Shown: piece after piece, positions 37,900 to 49,954 of the stretch
Layout of the letters: each line of letters starts with the position of its first letter
How positions within the stretch are numbered: position 1 is the stretch's first letter
NCBI GenBank assembly: GCA_965212055.1
Contig: OZ243041.1
Coordinates: 768,001 to 832,000 of the forward strand
Length of the DNA: 64,000 bases
Origin: Fidelibacterota bacterium
Lineage (GTDB): Bacteria > Fidelibacterota > Marinisomatia > Marinisomatales > Marinisomataceae
Direction: 5' to 3'
The notes under the pieces: generated by a model
Databases searched by the model: none
What the model was told of the DNA's origin: nothing
What the model saw: the letters and a program-made list of their open reading frames with translations, nothing else
Position numbers and translations under genes: made by a program

Positions 37900-39705
37900 T
37901 TACCCTGCTACTTTTTTAAATTCCCAAATCATCGGAATAACTATAACAGACACTATCCATAAAATTAGACCTAACGGAAGACCAACTCTAATATAATCAG
38001 AATATTTATATCCTCCTGGACCAAATACCATCAAATTAGTCTGATAACCAACCGGAGTAATGAAAGAGGCTGAAGCTGCATAACAAACAGCAAAAATAAA
38101 TGGAAGAGGTTCATATTGAGCTTGTTCAGCTAGTTTTAAAGTAATTGGAGTCATAATAATTGCTGTTGCTACATTAGATGCAATTTCTGTTAATAACATT
38201 GTAATTAGATAAATAACAGCTAATAAAATATAGGGTAGTAAATGATCTGGAAATATACCAACAATACCTTGAATGAAAACACTTATATTGCTATCAAGCC
38301 CTGTATTGCTCATCGCAGCTCCTATTGGCAGAAATGCAGCAATTACTATAATTACTTGCCAATGAATGGATGAATAAGCTTCATTTGGTGTAATTACTCG
38401 TGCTAATAACAATATAATAACCCCGATGACAACACAAACATGAATAGGAAAATTCTCAAAATTAAAAATAGCTATAGTAACTGACATTAATATTGTAAAA
38501 ATACTTAACCACCATAATGGATGACTATCAAGAGAAGCATCCACTTTTCCTAATACAATAAATCCTTCTCTTGATGATAGTTGATTAATACGATCTTTAG
38601 GACCATATACTAATAATGTATCAAAAGGTTTTAAAATAAATTGAGTAAGTTTTCTTCGAATAACTTCTCCCTCTCTTCGGATTGCAAGCACAAAACTTCC
38701 AAAAGTTCGTCTAAAATTTGCTTCCTGAAGAGTTTGTCCAATCAACTCAGAATTATCAGTAACTAAACATTCAGCCAAAATATGATCTTCCTGTTCTAAT
38801 TCTTCTTGTGTTAATTTTTCATCTGTCAATAAAGCAAGATTTTCAATCTCTTTTAATCTTTGAAAGTTCTCAAAAGACCCTTTAACAAAAAGAACATCGT
38901 CTTGTTTTAGTATTAAACTTCTTAGATTTGAAGTAATAATTTCACCACCTCTTAAAACATCTAATACAATAACATCATAATTCTCATTAATTTTTCTATC
39001 AAGCAAGGTTTTACCACATAAAGGAGAGTTCTTATTAATTTTAAATTCAGTTAGATATCCATCTAGACTATAGTCCGATATACTTGATGATTTTGAAACT
39101 CTAGAAGGTAAAAGCTTATGCCCTAAAGTAAAGATATAAATTAGTCCGATGACAAATTTAATAATACCAAATTTGGCAAATTCTAGCATTCCCAATGAAT
39201 ATTCAGAAGACTCAACTAAGACAGAATTAACAATTAAATTTGTTGATGTTCCTACTAGCGTTAGTGTACCACCAAGAATTGCTGCATAACTCAATGGAAT
39301 CAATACTTTTGAGGGACTAATATTGTATTTATCTGCCAAACGGATAGTAACAGGCATAAAAATAGCAACTATTGCTGTATTATTCACAACAGCAGAGGCA
39401 ATCCCAATACAAAATAAATAAACTGCCATACCCAATGCTTGAGATTGATCAATAATTTTATTGATATTAATTATTACATATTCTAATACATGAGATTTTT
39501 GGAGAGCATAACTCATGATAAATAAACATCCTATTGTAATAACTGCTGGATTTGAAAATCCTGATAAACCTTCGCTAGGGGTAACGAGCCCAAGAGCTAA
39601 TAATAAACCAAGCACCAATAATGCTGTTACATCTATTGGAAAAAATTCTGTGATAAATAGCACTAATGCTATCACAATTATCACACCTAATAGTATAATC
39701 TCCAT
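37900..39705 (-). CDS. SLC13/CitMHS-family permease with two TrkA-C domains
   Basis: GFSNPAV, LGGTLTLVGTSTN, ASFITPVGYQTNLMV.GPGGY; ATG at 39705 (the track start at 39735 lies inside tRNA-Leu). Confidence 0.88.
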   Translation of the reverse strand: MEIILLGVIIVIALVLFITEFFPIDVTALLVLGLLLALGLVTPSEGLSGFSNPAVITIGCLFIMSYALQKSHVLEYVIININKIIDQSQALGMAVYLFCIGIASAVVNNTAIVAIFMPVTIRLADKYNISPSKVLIPLSYAAILGGTLTLVGTSTNLIVNSVLVESSEYSLGMLEFAKFGIIKFVIGLIYIFTLGHKLLPSRVSKSSSISDYSLDGYLTEFKINKNSPLCGKTLLDRKINENYDVIVLDVLRGGEIITSNLRSLILKQDDVLFVKGSFENFQRLKEIENLALLTDEKLTQEELEQEDHILAECLVTDNSELIGQTLQEANFRRTFGSFVLAIRREGEVIRRKLTQFILKPFDTLLVYGPKDRINQLSSREGFIVLGKVDASLDSHPLWWLSIFTILMSVTIAIFNFENFPIHVCVVIGVIILLLARVITPNEAYSSIHWQVIIVIAAFLPIGAAMSNTGLDSNISVFIQGIVGIFPDHLLPYILLAVIYLITMLLTEIASNVATAIIMTPITLKLAEQAQYEPLPFIFAVCYAASASFITPVGYQTNLMVFGPGGYKYSDYIRVGLPLGLILWIVSVIVIPMIWEFKKVAG

Positions 39706-39708
39706 AAG

Positions 39709-39790
39709 TGCCGCGGAAAGGACTCGAACCTTCACACCTTACGATACTGGTTCCTAAGACCAGCGCGTCTACCAATTCCGCCACCGCGGC
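39709..39790 (-). tRNA. tRNA-Leu (TAG), CCA not encoded
   Basis: Reverse complement GCCGCGGTGGCGGAATTGGTAGACGCGCTGGTCTTAGGAACCAG...GGTTCGAGTCCTTTCCGCGGCA; long variable arm. Confidence 0.97.
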
Positions 39791-39833
39791 ATGCTATAAA
39801 TGGAATATATAAAAAATTGCTTGAAAAGCAGAT

Positions 39834-41009
39834 TTAATTATGTTCGATTGCAAAATCGAGTTCTGAAATTAGGTCATCTATATGCTCGATACCAACAGAA
39901 AATCTTAATAAATTGGGTGTAATCCCTAATTTCATTTTTTCATCTTTTGGAACAGAAGCATGAGTCATAGAATATGGACAAGATATTAAACTTTTCAGTC
40001 CTCCTAAACTTTCTGCGAGGGTAATAATATTTAATTTATTAGCAAATTTATCCAAGTCAATGGATTCATCTAACTCAAAAGATATCATGCTTCCATATAC
40101 TGATTTTCCTTCTGGTGACAACTGTTGTTGAGAGGCTAATTTGGATTGACTATGAGAAGATAATCCCGGATAAATCACTTTTTTTACTTTAGAGTTACTT
40201 TGAAGCCAATTTGCGATTTTTTCTGCATTAAGAAATTGTTTTTTAACTCTTAATGATAGGGTTTTTACTGATCTTAATAATAACCATGCATCAAATGGAC
40301 TGACAATTGCTCCTGCAGTATTTTGAATCAATGTAATTTTCTCAGAAAGTTCTTTATTATTCACCATCAACACACCACTAACCACATCACAATGACCGCT
40401 AATAAATTTAGTGGAACTATGCATTACAATATGTGCTCCAAGATCCAGAGGTCTTTGTCCATATGGACTCATAAAAGTATTATCAACGCTTAATAAAATA
40501 TTTTGTTTTTTACAAAGTTGTGCAGTTGATTTGATATCTGCTAATTCTAACAATGGATTGCTTGGCGTTTCGAGATGAATCAGTTTTGTATTTTTCTTAA
40601 TTGCTTTTTCTGTGTTTTTAACATCAGTAGTATCAATAAATTCAAAATCAATTCCATTATCATTCAAAACTTGTGTCACAAGTCTAAAAACTCCACCATA
40701 AACATTTTTTGATATAATAATATGGTCATTTGGTTTGAACATTGTAAAAATTGCAGTCATTGCAGCCATTCCAGATGAAAATGCATATGCATAATCAGCA
40801 TTTTCTAGCATTGCAAGATTTTCCTCTAGTTTTTTTACTGTAGGACTACCAACTCTGGAGTAAACAAATTTTTCTGTGCTTGCAAATAATGGTTGTCTAA
40901 AAGTTGAGGTTAAATGAATTGGAACAACAACTGAACCAGTTTCATCTGTATCATTTCCGACGTGAATTGATTTGGTAGAAAAATGTAAATTATTTTTTTT
41001 ATTCGACAC
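39834..41009 (-). CDS. Cystathionine gamma-lyase/synthase family PLP enzyme
   Basis: YSR.G.PT, FSSGMAA, ETPSNP, VDNTF, HSSTK, AESLGG, LRFSVGIE. Confidence 0.9.
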   Translation of the reverse strand: MSNKKNNLHFSTKSIHVGNDTDETGSVVVPIHLTSTFRQPLFASTEKFVYSRVGSPTVKKLEENLAMLENADYAYAFSSGMAAMTAIFTMFKPNDHIIISKNVYGGVFRLVTQVLNDNGIDFEFIDTTDVKNTEKAIKKNTKLIHLETPSNPLLELADIKSTAQLCKKQNILLSVDNTFMSPYGQRPLDLGAHIVMHSSTKFISGHCDVVSGVLMVNNKELSEKITLIQNTAGAIVSPFDAWLLLRSVKTLSLRVKKQFLNAEKIANWLQSNSKVKKVIYPGLSSHSQSKLASQQQLSPEGKSVYGSMISFELDESIDLDKFANKLNIITLAESLGGLKSLISCPYSMTHASVPKDEKMKLGITPNLLRFSVGIEHIDDLISELDFAIEHN

Positions 41010-44000
41010 GTTGATATCCTTTTTCTATATAAGACGCTAATTTTTTGAATTTAATCTCTATTTCATCTCCATTAGAATTTCGTACCTTGATTTTTTGATT
41101 TCTACCTATTTTTTCTTCCGAATTCACTTTTGGTATATTAACAATATCTTGGTTTTTAGATGGTTCATCAACAGAAGGAGGAACACTTTCTACATCTGCA
41201 GGAGGAATACTTTCTACATCTGGATGGCTTAAATTAATGTTTTTTTCTAATGGATTTTTCTGTTGTTGGTTAGACGAATCTTGTATTTGTGCATGGAATA
41301 TCCTCTGTATAACAGAGCTTTGTAAATTAATCATTAATTCTTGAAAGAAAGTATAAGCTTCAGACTTATACTCTATCAAAGGATTTTTCTGACCAAATGC
41401 TCTTAAACCAATTCCTTCTCTTAATTGATCCATTGCAAGTAGATGATTTCTCCATTTTTCATCAATTGTTCTTAAAACAATAAATTTTTCTAGTTTTCTG
41501 AGAAGTTCTAATGGAATTAATTGTTCTTTCTCTGTGTAATAATCCATTGCAAGATTATATACTGTTTCTATAATTTTTTCTTTATCCTGACTATCTTTTA
41601 AACTTGATTCATCAATCTCAATTAACAAATGAGACATTAAATCTTGATTCAAGGCTTGCCAGTCCCAACTTTTAATATCTTTTATATCAAGATTATCAAA
41701 GATATTATAAACAAAATCATAGATAAATTCTTCTACTGATGGTTTAATTGATTCTGAAAGTAATGCTTTGTTTCTTAGATCATAAATTATCTCACGTTGT
41801 TGATTTAAAACATCATCATATTCTAATAGGTGTTTTCTAATACCAAAGTTTCTTTCTTCTACTTTTTTCTGTGCATTACTAACGGCTCGGTTTAATAATC
41901 CAGCACTTAATTCTTGGTCTTCGTCATATGACATTCGATCCATCACTCCTGCAACAGCATCCATATTAAATAATCGCATTAAATCATCTTCTAAAGAAAC
42001 ATAAAATTTAGATGACCCATTATCTCCTTGCCTCCCAGATCTACCGCGTAATTGTAAATCAATACGTCTAGATTCATGCCTAGAAGTACCAATAATGTGT
42101 AAACCGCCAAGTTTTTCTACACCAGATCCTAATTTAATGTCAGTACCTCTTCCAGCCATATTTGTTGCAATAGTAATTGCTTTTTTCAAACCAGCATTTG
42201 CTACGATCTCGGCTTCGCTTTGGTGTTGTTTAGCATTTAACACATTATGAGGAATACCTTTTTGTTTTAACATTTTTGATAATAACTCTGAGACTTCAAC
42301 CGAAATTGTACCAATTAATACTGGCTGACCATTTTTAAAATAATCAGAGACTTCGTTAATGACTGCTTTATACTTTGCACGTTTATTCTTATAGATTGCA
42401 TCATCATTATCTTTTCTTATAATTGGTTTGTGAGTTGGAATAACAGTAACTCCAAGATTATAAATTTTTTCAAATTCAGCAGCTTCAGTATCTGCAGTAC
42501 CAGTCATACCAGATAATTTATCATACATTCTAAAATAATTTTGTATTGTTATCGAAGCTAATGTTTGGGTTTCTTTTTCAATTTTTACATTTTCTTTTGC
42601 TTCTAAAGCTTGATGAAGTCCCCCGCTAAATCGTCTACCTGGAAGTATTCTACCGGTAAATTCATCAACAATTAAGACTTGGCCATTTTGAACAACATAT
42701 TCTACATCTTTAGTAAATAATGTATAGGCTTTTAGCAATTGGTTTAGATAATGAATTTTACTGCTTCTTTGTGAATGTAATTGATAGGATTTCTCTTTGT
42801 TTAATTTCTTTTGACTATCAGACAATGAACTATCATCATCAATGTCACTTAACATTTCTCCTAAATCAGGAATTGTAAAAGTTTCTGGATTATCAGGAGA
42901 CAGAGATTCTCTACCTTTATCAGATAAATCAACACTATTAGAATGCTCATCTATAGCAAAATAAAGATCTTCATCAAGTTCATGTAATTTCTTTTCAGCG
43001 ATATATCCAGATTCAACACTATTGGCTAATTTTAAATTACCCTGTTCTTGAAATAGTTTTTGTAACATTCTGTGTTTCGGTAATCCTCTCTTGGCCTTTA
43101 ATAATAATGTACCGGCATGATTTAAATCTTCCTGAGATGGTTTTTCTAATTTTAAACAATCTTCAGCTTTTCTTACGAGTTCAGAGACTAATTGATTCTG
43201 TTGATGAACTAAAGATTGTACTGGACGACGTAAATCTATGTAAGACTGATTAATTGTTGTCTCTACAGGCCCAGAAATTATTAATGGAGTCCTAGCTTCA
43301 TCTATTAATACACTATCTACTTCATCTATTACTGCATAATGATGTAATCTTTGTACTAAATGTTCAGAATCAATCGTCATATTATCTCTTAAATAATCAA
43401 ATCCAAATTCATTATTAGTCCCATAAGTCACATCACAGTTATAGGCTTTTTTTCTTTCTTCTGGAGTCATCGAATTCAATATATATCCAACTGACATTCC
43501 TAAAGTTTCAAATACTTTACCCATCCATTCTGCATCACGTTGTGCTAGATAATCATTAACTGTAACAACATGAACTCCTCTTCCAGAAAGTGCATTTAAA
43601 TAAATAGGCATAGTAGCTACTAGAGTTTTTCCTTCTCCAGTTTTCATTTCAGATATCTTTCCTTGATGCAATACAACTCCTCCAACCAACTGTTCATCAT
43701 AAGGAATCATTTCCCAATCAATATTTTGCCCAACAACATCCCATTTTTTTCCGCACAGAAGTCGACATGCATGTTTTACTAAAGCAAAGGCTTCAGGTAA
43801 AACATTAGATAAAATGTTGTTTTCAATTTCTTTTCTTATCTTTTGTATTTCTTTTTTGTCTTCTAAGTTTTCTAGTTGTTTAGTTTCTTGTTCAGAAATC
43901 TTCTTGATAACTTCATCTCGTAATTCTTTAGTTCTTTTAATAAGATAATCTTCATTTTTATCGTTAAGAGTATCATAGATTGAATTTATATCTTGAATTA

Positions 44001-44064
44001 GAGGAGAAATTTTCTTGATTTCTCTACCAGATTTAGTACCAAATATTTTTGTTAAAAAACTCAT
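40999..44064 (-). CDS. secA: Protein translocase subunit SecA
   Basis: MKTGEGKT, DEVDSVLIDEARTPLIISG, ATNMAGRGTDI, QLRGRSGRQGD. Confidence 0.98.
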   Translation of the reverse strand: MSFLTKIFGTKSGREIKKISPLIQDINSIYDTLNDKNEDYLIKRTKELRDEVIKKISEQETKQLENLEDKKEIQKIRKEIENNILSNVLPEAFALVKHACRLLCGKKWDVVGQNIDWEMIPYDEQLVGGVVLHQGKISEMKTGEGKTLVATMPIYLNALSGRGVHVVTVNDYLAQRDAEWMGKVFETLGMSVGYILNSMTPEERKKAYNCDVTYGTNNEFGFDYLRDNMTIDSEHLVQRLHHYAVIDEVDSVLIDEARTPLIISGPVETTINQSYIDLRRPVQSLVHQQNQLVSELVRKAEDCLKLEKPSQEDLNHAGTLLLKAKRGLPKHRMLQKLFQEQGNLKLANSVESGYIAEKKLHELDEDLYFAIDEHSNSVDLSDKGRESLSPDNPETFTIPDLGEMLSDIDDDSSLSDSQKKLNKEKSYQLHSQRSSKIHYLNQLLKAYTLFTKDVEYVVQNGQVLIVDEFTGRILPGRRFSGGLHQALEAKENVKIEKETQTLASITIQNYFRMYDKLSGMTGTADTEAAEFEKIYNLGVTVIPTHKPIIRKDNDDAIYKNKRAKYKAVINEVSDYFKNGQPVLIGTISVEVSELLSKMLKQKGIPHNVLNAKQHQSEAEIVANAGLKKAITIATNMAGRGTDIKLGSGVEKLGGLHIIGTSRHESRRIDLQLRGRSGRQGDNGSSKFYVSLEDDLMRLFNMDAVAGVMDRMSYDEDQELSAGLLNRAVSNAQKKVEERNFGIRKHLLEYDDVLNQQREIIYDLRNKALLSESIKPSVEEFIYDFVYNIFDNLDIKDIKSWDWQALNQDLMSHLLIEIDESSLKDSQDKEKIIETVYNLAMDYYTEKEQLIPLELLRKLEKFIVLRTIDEKWRNHLLAMDQLREGIGLRAFGQKNPLIEYKSEAYTFFQELMINLQSSVIQRIFHAQIQDSSNQQQKNPLEKNINLSHPDVESIPPADVESVPPSVDEPSKNQDIVNIPKVNSEEKIGRNQKIKVRNSNGDEIEIKFKKLASYIEKGYQRVE
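41176..41223. repeat. 24-bp tandem duplication (22/24 identical) in the secA C-terminal linker
   Basis: aggaggaacactttctacatctgc followed by aggaggaatactttctacatctgg; encodes PDVESIPP/ADVESVPP. Confidence 0.85.
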
Positions 44065-44068
44065 GTTT

Positions 44069-44485
44069 TTATAATGTTTTATAGATGGAATCTAATACAC
44101 CATTTACAAAAGCAGTACTATCTTCAGAGCTAAATTTTTTTGCATTTTCAATTGCCGAACTAATTGTAACGCGATAAGGGATTTCATATTGTTTCATAAA
44201 TAACATTTCAGAAATTGACATTTGCATAATTAATCTATCTATAACATTGATTCTTTCAAGATCCCAATTTTCTAATGAATTTTCAATTTTTTGATCTAAC
44301 ATTTCGTTATTATCTATAGTTTTTTGAAATAATTCGTTAACAAATTCTTTGGTAAGATTATCAAAATTATATCGATTATTAATATCGCGAAGTACCTTAT
44401 TTTGATCTTCGCTGGATAAATATTTCGCATATAACGCCTGCAATACTGCTTCTCTTGCTTTTTTTCGTTGTTGTTTTTCACCCAT
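44069..44485 (-). CDS. nusB: Transcription antitermination factor NusB
   Basis: RKKAREAVLQALY, NWDLER, FVNGVLD. Confidence 0.94.
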   Translation of the reverse strand: MGEKQQRKKAREAVLQALYAKYLSSEDQNKVLRDINNRYNFDNLTKEFVNELFQKTIDNNEMLDQKIENSLENWDLERINVIDRLIMQMSISEMLFMKQYEIPYRVTISSAIENAKKFSSEDSTAFVNGVLDSIYKTL

Positions 44486-44494
44486 ATAAATTTA

Positions 44495-45568
44495 TTATTT
44501 CATCCATTTATGATTCCATTTAACAAATTCACTGATTCTTCTTTCAGCAAGATGATTGGCTGCTTCAAGGGTAGATATATCATTTGCAATTGCATAATCA
44601 AAAATTCTCATCAAAATGTGGTATATACCTTCAACTTGGTAGCGAGCTTTTTCTTGATTATAACCTTGAAGCTCATTTGCAACGTTCATTAATCCACCAG
44701 CATTAATTACATAATCTGGTACATACATAATTCCTTTTTTTAATAATAATTTTGAATCTCTGGTTTCTTTTTCTAATTGATTATTTGCAGCGCCAGCAAT
44801 AATAGAACATTTCAAAGTTTTAATAGAATTAGGATTAACGATTGCTCCTAATGCACAAGGTGAAAAAATATCCAAGTCCATAGATAATAACTCATCATTA
44901 GATACAGGAATAAGACCAAAATCTTCAGTAGCTCTATTTAATTTATCTTTATCAACATCATAACCATAAATTTCTGCTCCGCCATCTTTGAGATGATTGC
45001 ATAAATAGTATCCAACCTTCCCTAACCCTTGAATACCAACTTTTAAACCTTTTATATTGAGAATATTAAGTTTTTTCTTTAACGCAGCTTGCATTCCAAT
45101 GTAAAGACCAAGTGCAGTTAATATTGAAGGATCTCCACTACCTCCCATTGCTCTTTTGATTCCAGTAACATGTTTAGTTTCCATTCTTATATATTCCATA
45201 TCATGTACAGACATTCCTACATCTTCTGCTGTAATATATTTTCCATTTAAACTATCAACAAATTTCCCAAATGATCGTAATAATACTTCTGATTTATCGT
45301 TTTCAGGATCTGCGATAATAACCGCTTTGCCTCCTCCTAAGTTTAAATTTGCAATCGATGCTTTATAAGTCATGCCTCTTGACAGTCGTAATACATCAAC
45401 TAGAGCGTCTTCTTCATTTTTGTAAGGATACATTCTACATCCACCTAGTGCAGGACCTAATGCAGTACTATGTATTGCAATAATTGCTCTTAATCCAGAA
45501 CTTGGATCATTACAATAGACAACCTGTTCGTGATTTCTTTCAGAGATAGTTTCAAATACTTTTGTCAT
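44495..45568 (-). CDS. Leucine dehydrogenase (Glu/Leu/Phe/Val dehydrogenase family)
   Basis: HEQVV, GPALGGCRM, GMTYK, GGGK, TAEDVG, GAANNQL, NAGG. Confidence 0.9.
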   Translation of the reverse strand: MTKVFETISERNHEQVVYCNDPSSGLRAIIAIHSTALGPALGGCRMYPYKNEEDALVDVLRLSRGMTYKASIANLNLGGGKAVIIADPENDKSEVLLRSFGKFVDSLNGKYITAEDVGMSVHDMEYIRMETKHVTGIKRAMGGSGDPSILTALGLYIGMQAALKKKLNILNIKGLKVGIQGLGKVGYYLCNHLKDGGAEIYGYDVDKDKLNRATEDFGLIPVSNDELLSMDLDIFSPCALGAIVNPNSIKTLKCSIIAGAANNQLEKETRDSKLLLKKGIMYVPDYVINAGGLMNVANELQGYNQEKARYQVEGIYHILMRIFDYAIANDISTLEAANHLAERRISEFVKWNHKWMK

Positions 45569-45580
45569 AATTTATTTTTT

Positions 45581-46516
45581 CTATTTTTTTAACTTTGAAT
45601 AGGCATTAATTATATCTTTGACTATTTCGTGCCTTGTTACATCTCTTTCATCTAATTTAATAATTCCGATACTTTTGATATTTTTTAAAATCCTTAAAAC
45701 TTCGACTAGACCAGAATTAATTTTCTTTGGCAAATCAATTTGGGATATATCACCTGTAATAACTGCTTTAGATTCAATTCCTAGTCTTGTTAAAAACATC
45801 TTCATCTGTATAGGAGAAGCATTCTGTGCTTCATCCAATATCATTGCTGCTCTATTAATTGTTCTACCTCGCATATATGCCAAAGGAATGATTTCTATAA
45901 TCTTATTATTAATCAAAGTTTGAACTTTGTTTTTTGGAAGCAAATCATTCAGTGCATCATAAAGAGGTGCAAGATATGGATCAATCTTGTCGCGTAAATC
46001 TCCAGGTAGAAATCCTAGATTTTCACCAGCTTCTACCGCTGGTCTACATAACACAATTTTGTCAATTTCATGTTTTTCTAGCAAAGATATAGCATATGCT
46101 ACAGCTAGAAAAGTTTTTCCAGTACCTGCTGGTCCAACTGAAATCACAATCTCATTTTCAAAAAATGCCTTTAATAAGTTCTTTTGCCCAATGCTTCTAG
46201 CATATACTGGACCTTTTTTGCCATAAAATAAAACGTCATCAATATTATTCTTAGGATTTAAGTCCTTCACATTCATTGCCAATAACTGTTTGACATCTTG
46301 AGTACTTATATTATTACCTTTTTTAACAGATTCTATCATATGGCTTAATACTACTGAAAAGTCTTCGATATCTTTTTTTAGACCTTTACAAAAAAGATTA
46401 TCACCACGTATATCAATACTAACAGGAAGATATTGTTCAATAAAGGTGATATTTTGATCGCTAATACCATATAGAGAAATAAGATCTATGCCTTTTATCT
46501 CAAACGTCTTTTTCAT
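45581..46516 (-). CDS. phoH: PhoH-family ATPase
   Basis: GPAGTGKT, RPAVEAGE.LGFLPG, YMRGRT, LDEAQN. Confidence 0.9.
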   Translation of the reverse strand: MKKTFEIKGIDLISLYGISDQNITFIEQYLPVSIDIRGDNLFCKGLKKDIEDFSVVLSHMIESVKKGNNISTQDVKQLLAMNVKDLNPKNNIDDVLFYGKKGPVYARSIGQKNLLKAFFENEIVISVGPAGTGKTFLAVAYAISLLEKHEIDKIVLCRPAVEAGENLGFLPGDLRDKIDPYLAPLYDALNDLLPKNKVQTLINNKIIEIIPLAYMRGRTINRAAMILDEAQNASPIQMKMFLTRLGIESKAVITGDISQIDLPKKINSGLVEVLRILKNIKSIGIIKLDERDVTRHEIVKDIINAYSKLKK

Positions 46517-48254
46517 TTTTCTTAATAGCTATGTTTAAATCATTTAATTGGGTTTTAGAAATAGTATTTGGAGCATCTTCCATAAGAGCAGATGCAGATG
46601 TAGTTTTTGGAAAAGCAATAACATCTCTAATGTTGTTCACTCCACACAATAACATAACTAATCTATCAAGTCCAAATGCAATGCCTCCATGTGGAGGAGT
46701 TCCAAATTTGAGAGCATCAATGAAAAAACCAAATTTGTCATTAATCTCTTTTTTGGTGATATTCATAATTTCAAAAATTTGTTTCTGTATTTTATCATCA
46801 TGAATCCTAATAGATCCCCCTGCAACTTCATAGCCATTGATTACAATATCATAACCTTTAGAAAGCACTTTCTCTGGATTTGAAAGCAACTTTTTTATAT
46901 CACTATCTTTTGGAGCTGTAAAAGGATGATTTACTGATTCAAAACGTTTTTGATTTTCATCCCATTTAAATAGCGGAAAATCAACAATCCATACTGGTTT
47001 AAATATTGTATTATCACAAAGATTAAGCATCTGTGCAATTTTTGTTCTTACCAATCCTAAAACTTTTAAAGCAAGTTGAGAATTATCACCCACTATAAGA
47101 CATATAGAATTATTTTTTAGTTTGTAATTTGATATAATTTTAGACTGAAGATTTTGATTAAAGAATTTGGAAATTCCTCCTTCTAAATTCTTTCCATTAC
47201 ACTTCATCCAAGCTAAACCTTTTGCTCCAATTGATTTAGCATAATCATCTAATTCATCAATGATTTTTCTAGAAAAGTGACTTGAATCATCAACAGATAA
47301 CATTGTTACATATTTAAGACCCTTAAAAGACTTGAAATCAGATTGATCCGAGAATTTTTTAAAGCTATTTAATTCCATCTTATATCTAAGATCAGGTTTA
47401 TCAGTACCATATTTATTTATTGAATCATGATAAGATAAGACTGGAAATGGTTTTTTGATTGTTACATTATTAACCTTTTTAAATACAGTTGTAATTAAAT
47501 CTTCCACAAGATTTCTTACGTCTGGTTCATCAACAAAACTCATTTCAAGATCAATTTGTGTGAATTCAGGTTGTCTATCTGATCTTAAATCTTCATCTCT
47601 AAAACATTTAACAATTTGAAAATATTTATCAAGTCCAGAAATCATAAACAATTGTTTATACATTTGAGGAGATTGTGGAAGTGCATAGAATTTTCCATGA
47701 TGAATTCTACTAGGAACTAGATAATCTCTTGCTCCTTCTGGGGTAGATTTCATTAATACAGGAGTTTCAATCTCTATAAAGTCTTTTTTTGAAAGAAAAT
47801 TTCTTACAACCTGAGCTGCATTATGTCTTTTTATTAAATTGTTCTGTAAAGTTTTATTTCTTAATTCAAGATAGCGATATTTTAATCTATGTTCTTCAGT
47901 TGAAGCTTCCCTGTCATGTATAGGCACTGGAAGTGGATTAGAAATGCTTAATATATGTAATTCATTGGCTATAACTTCAATTTCTCCTGTTGAAATATCT
48001 TTATTAACAAAATCCTTTGTTCTAGCATTTACTTTACCAGAAATAGTAATTACATCTTCATTTGATAATGAATTTCCTTTATTAATTAAATCTTTTTTAT
48101 CAAGTATTATCTGAGTTTTTCCATATCGATCTCTAATATCAATAAAGATTATCTTTCCATGAGTACGTAGAGAATTAACCCAACCACAAAGTGTAACACT
48201 AGAATTAATATGAGTCTTGTTTAATTCACCACAATTATGTGTTCTAGAAGGCAT
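46500..48254 (-). CDS. aspS: Aspartate--tRNA ligase
   Basis: RTHNCGEL, STPEGARDYLVPSR, ALPQSPQ, CFRDEDLR, PPHGGIAFGLDR. Confidence 0.97.
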   Translation of the reverse strand: MPSRTHNCGELNKTHINSSVTLCGWVNSLRTHGKIIFIDIRDRYGKTQIILDKKDLINKGNSLSNEDVITISGKVNARTKDFVNKDISTGEIEVIANELHILSISNPLPVPIHDREASTEEHRLKYRYLELRNKTLQNNLIKRHNAAQVVRNFLSKKDFIEIETPVLMKSTPEGARDYLVPSRIHHGKFYALPQSPQMYKQLFMISGLDKYFQIVKCFRDEDLRSDRQPEFTQIDLEMSFVDEPDVRNLVEDLITTVFKKVNNVTIKKPFPVLSYHDSINKYGTDKPDLRYKMELNSFKKFSDQSDFKSFKGLKYVTMLSVDDSSHFSRKIIDELDDYAKSIGAKGLAWMKCNGKNLEGGISKFFNQNLQSKIISNYKLKNNSICLIVGDNSQLALKVLGLVRTKIAQMLNLCDNTIFKPVWIVDFPLFKWDENQKRFESVNHPFTAPKDSDIKKLLSNPEKVLSKGYDIVINGYEVAGGSIRIHDDKIQKQIFEIMNITKKEINDKFGFFIDALKFGTPPHGGIAFGLDRLVMLLCGVNNIRDVIAFPKTTSASALMEDAPNTISKTQLNDLNIAIKKNEKDV

Positions 48255-48272
48255 ATATTTTTAATCTAATAA

Positions 48273-49954
<1,682 letters not shown>

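Noticed and set aside
39575..39784. 69-aa ORF MAELVDALVLGTS..., and the track start of the permease at 39735
   Set aside because: Translations running through tRNA-Leu.
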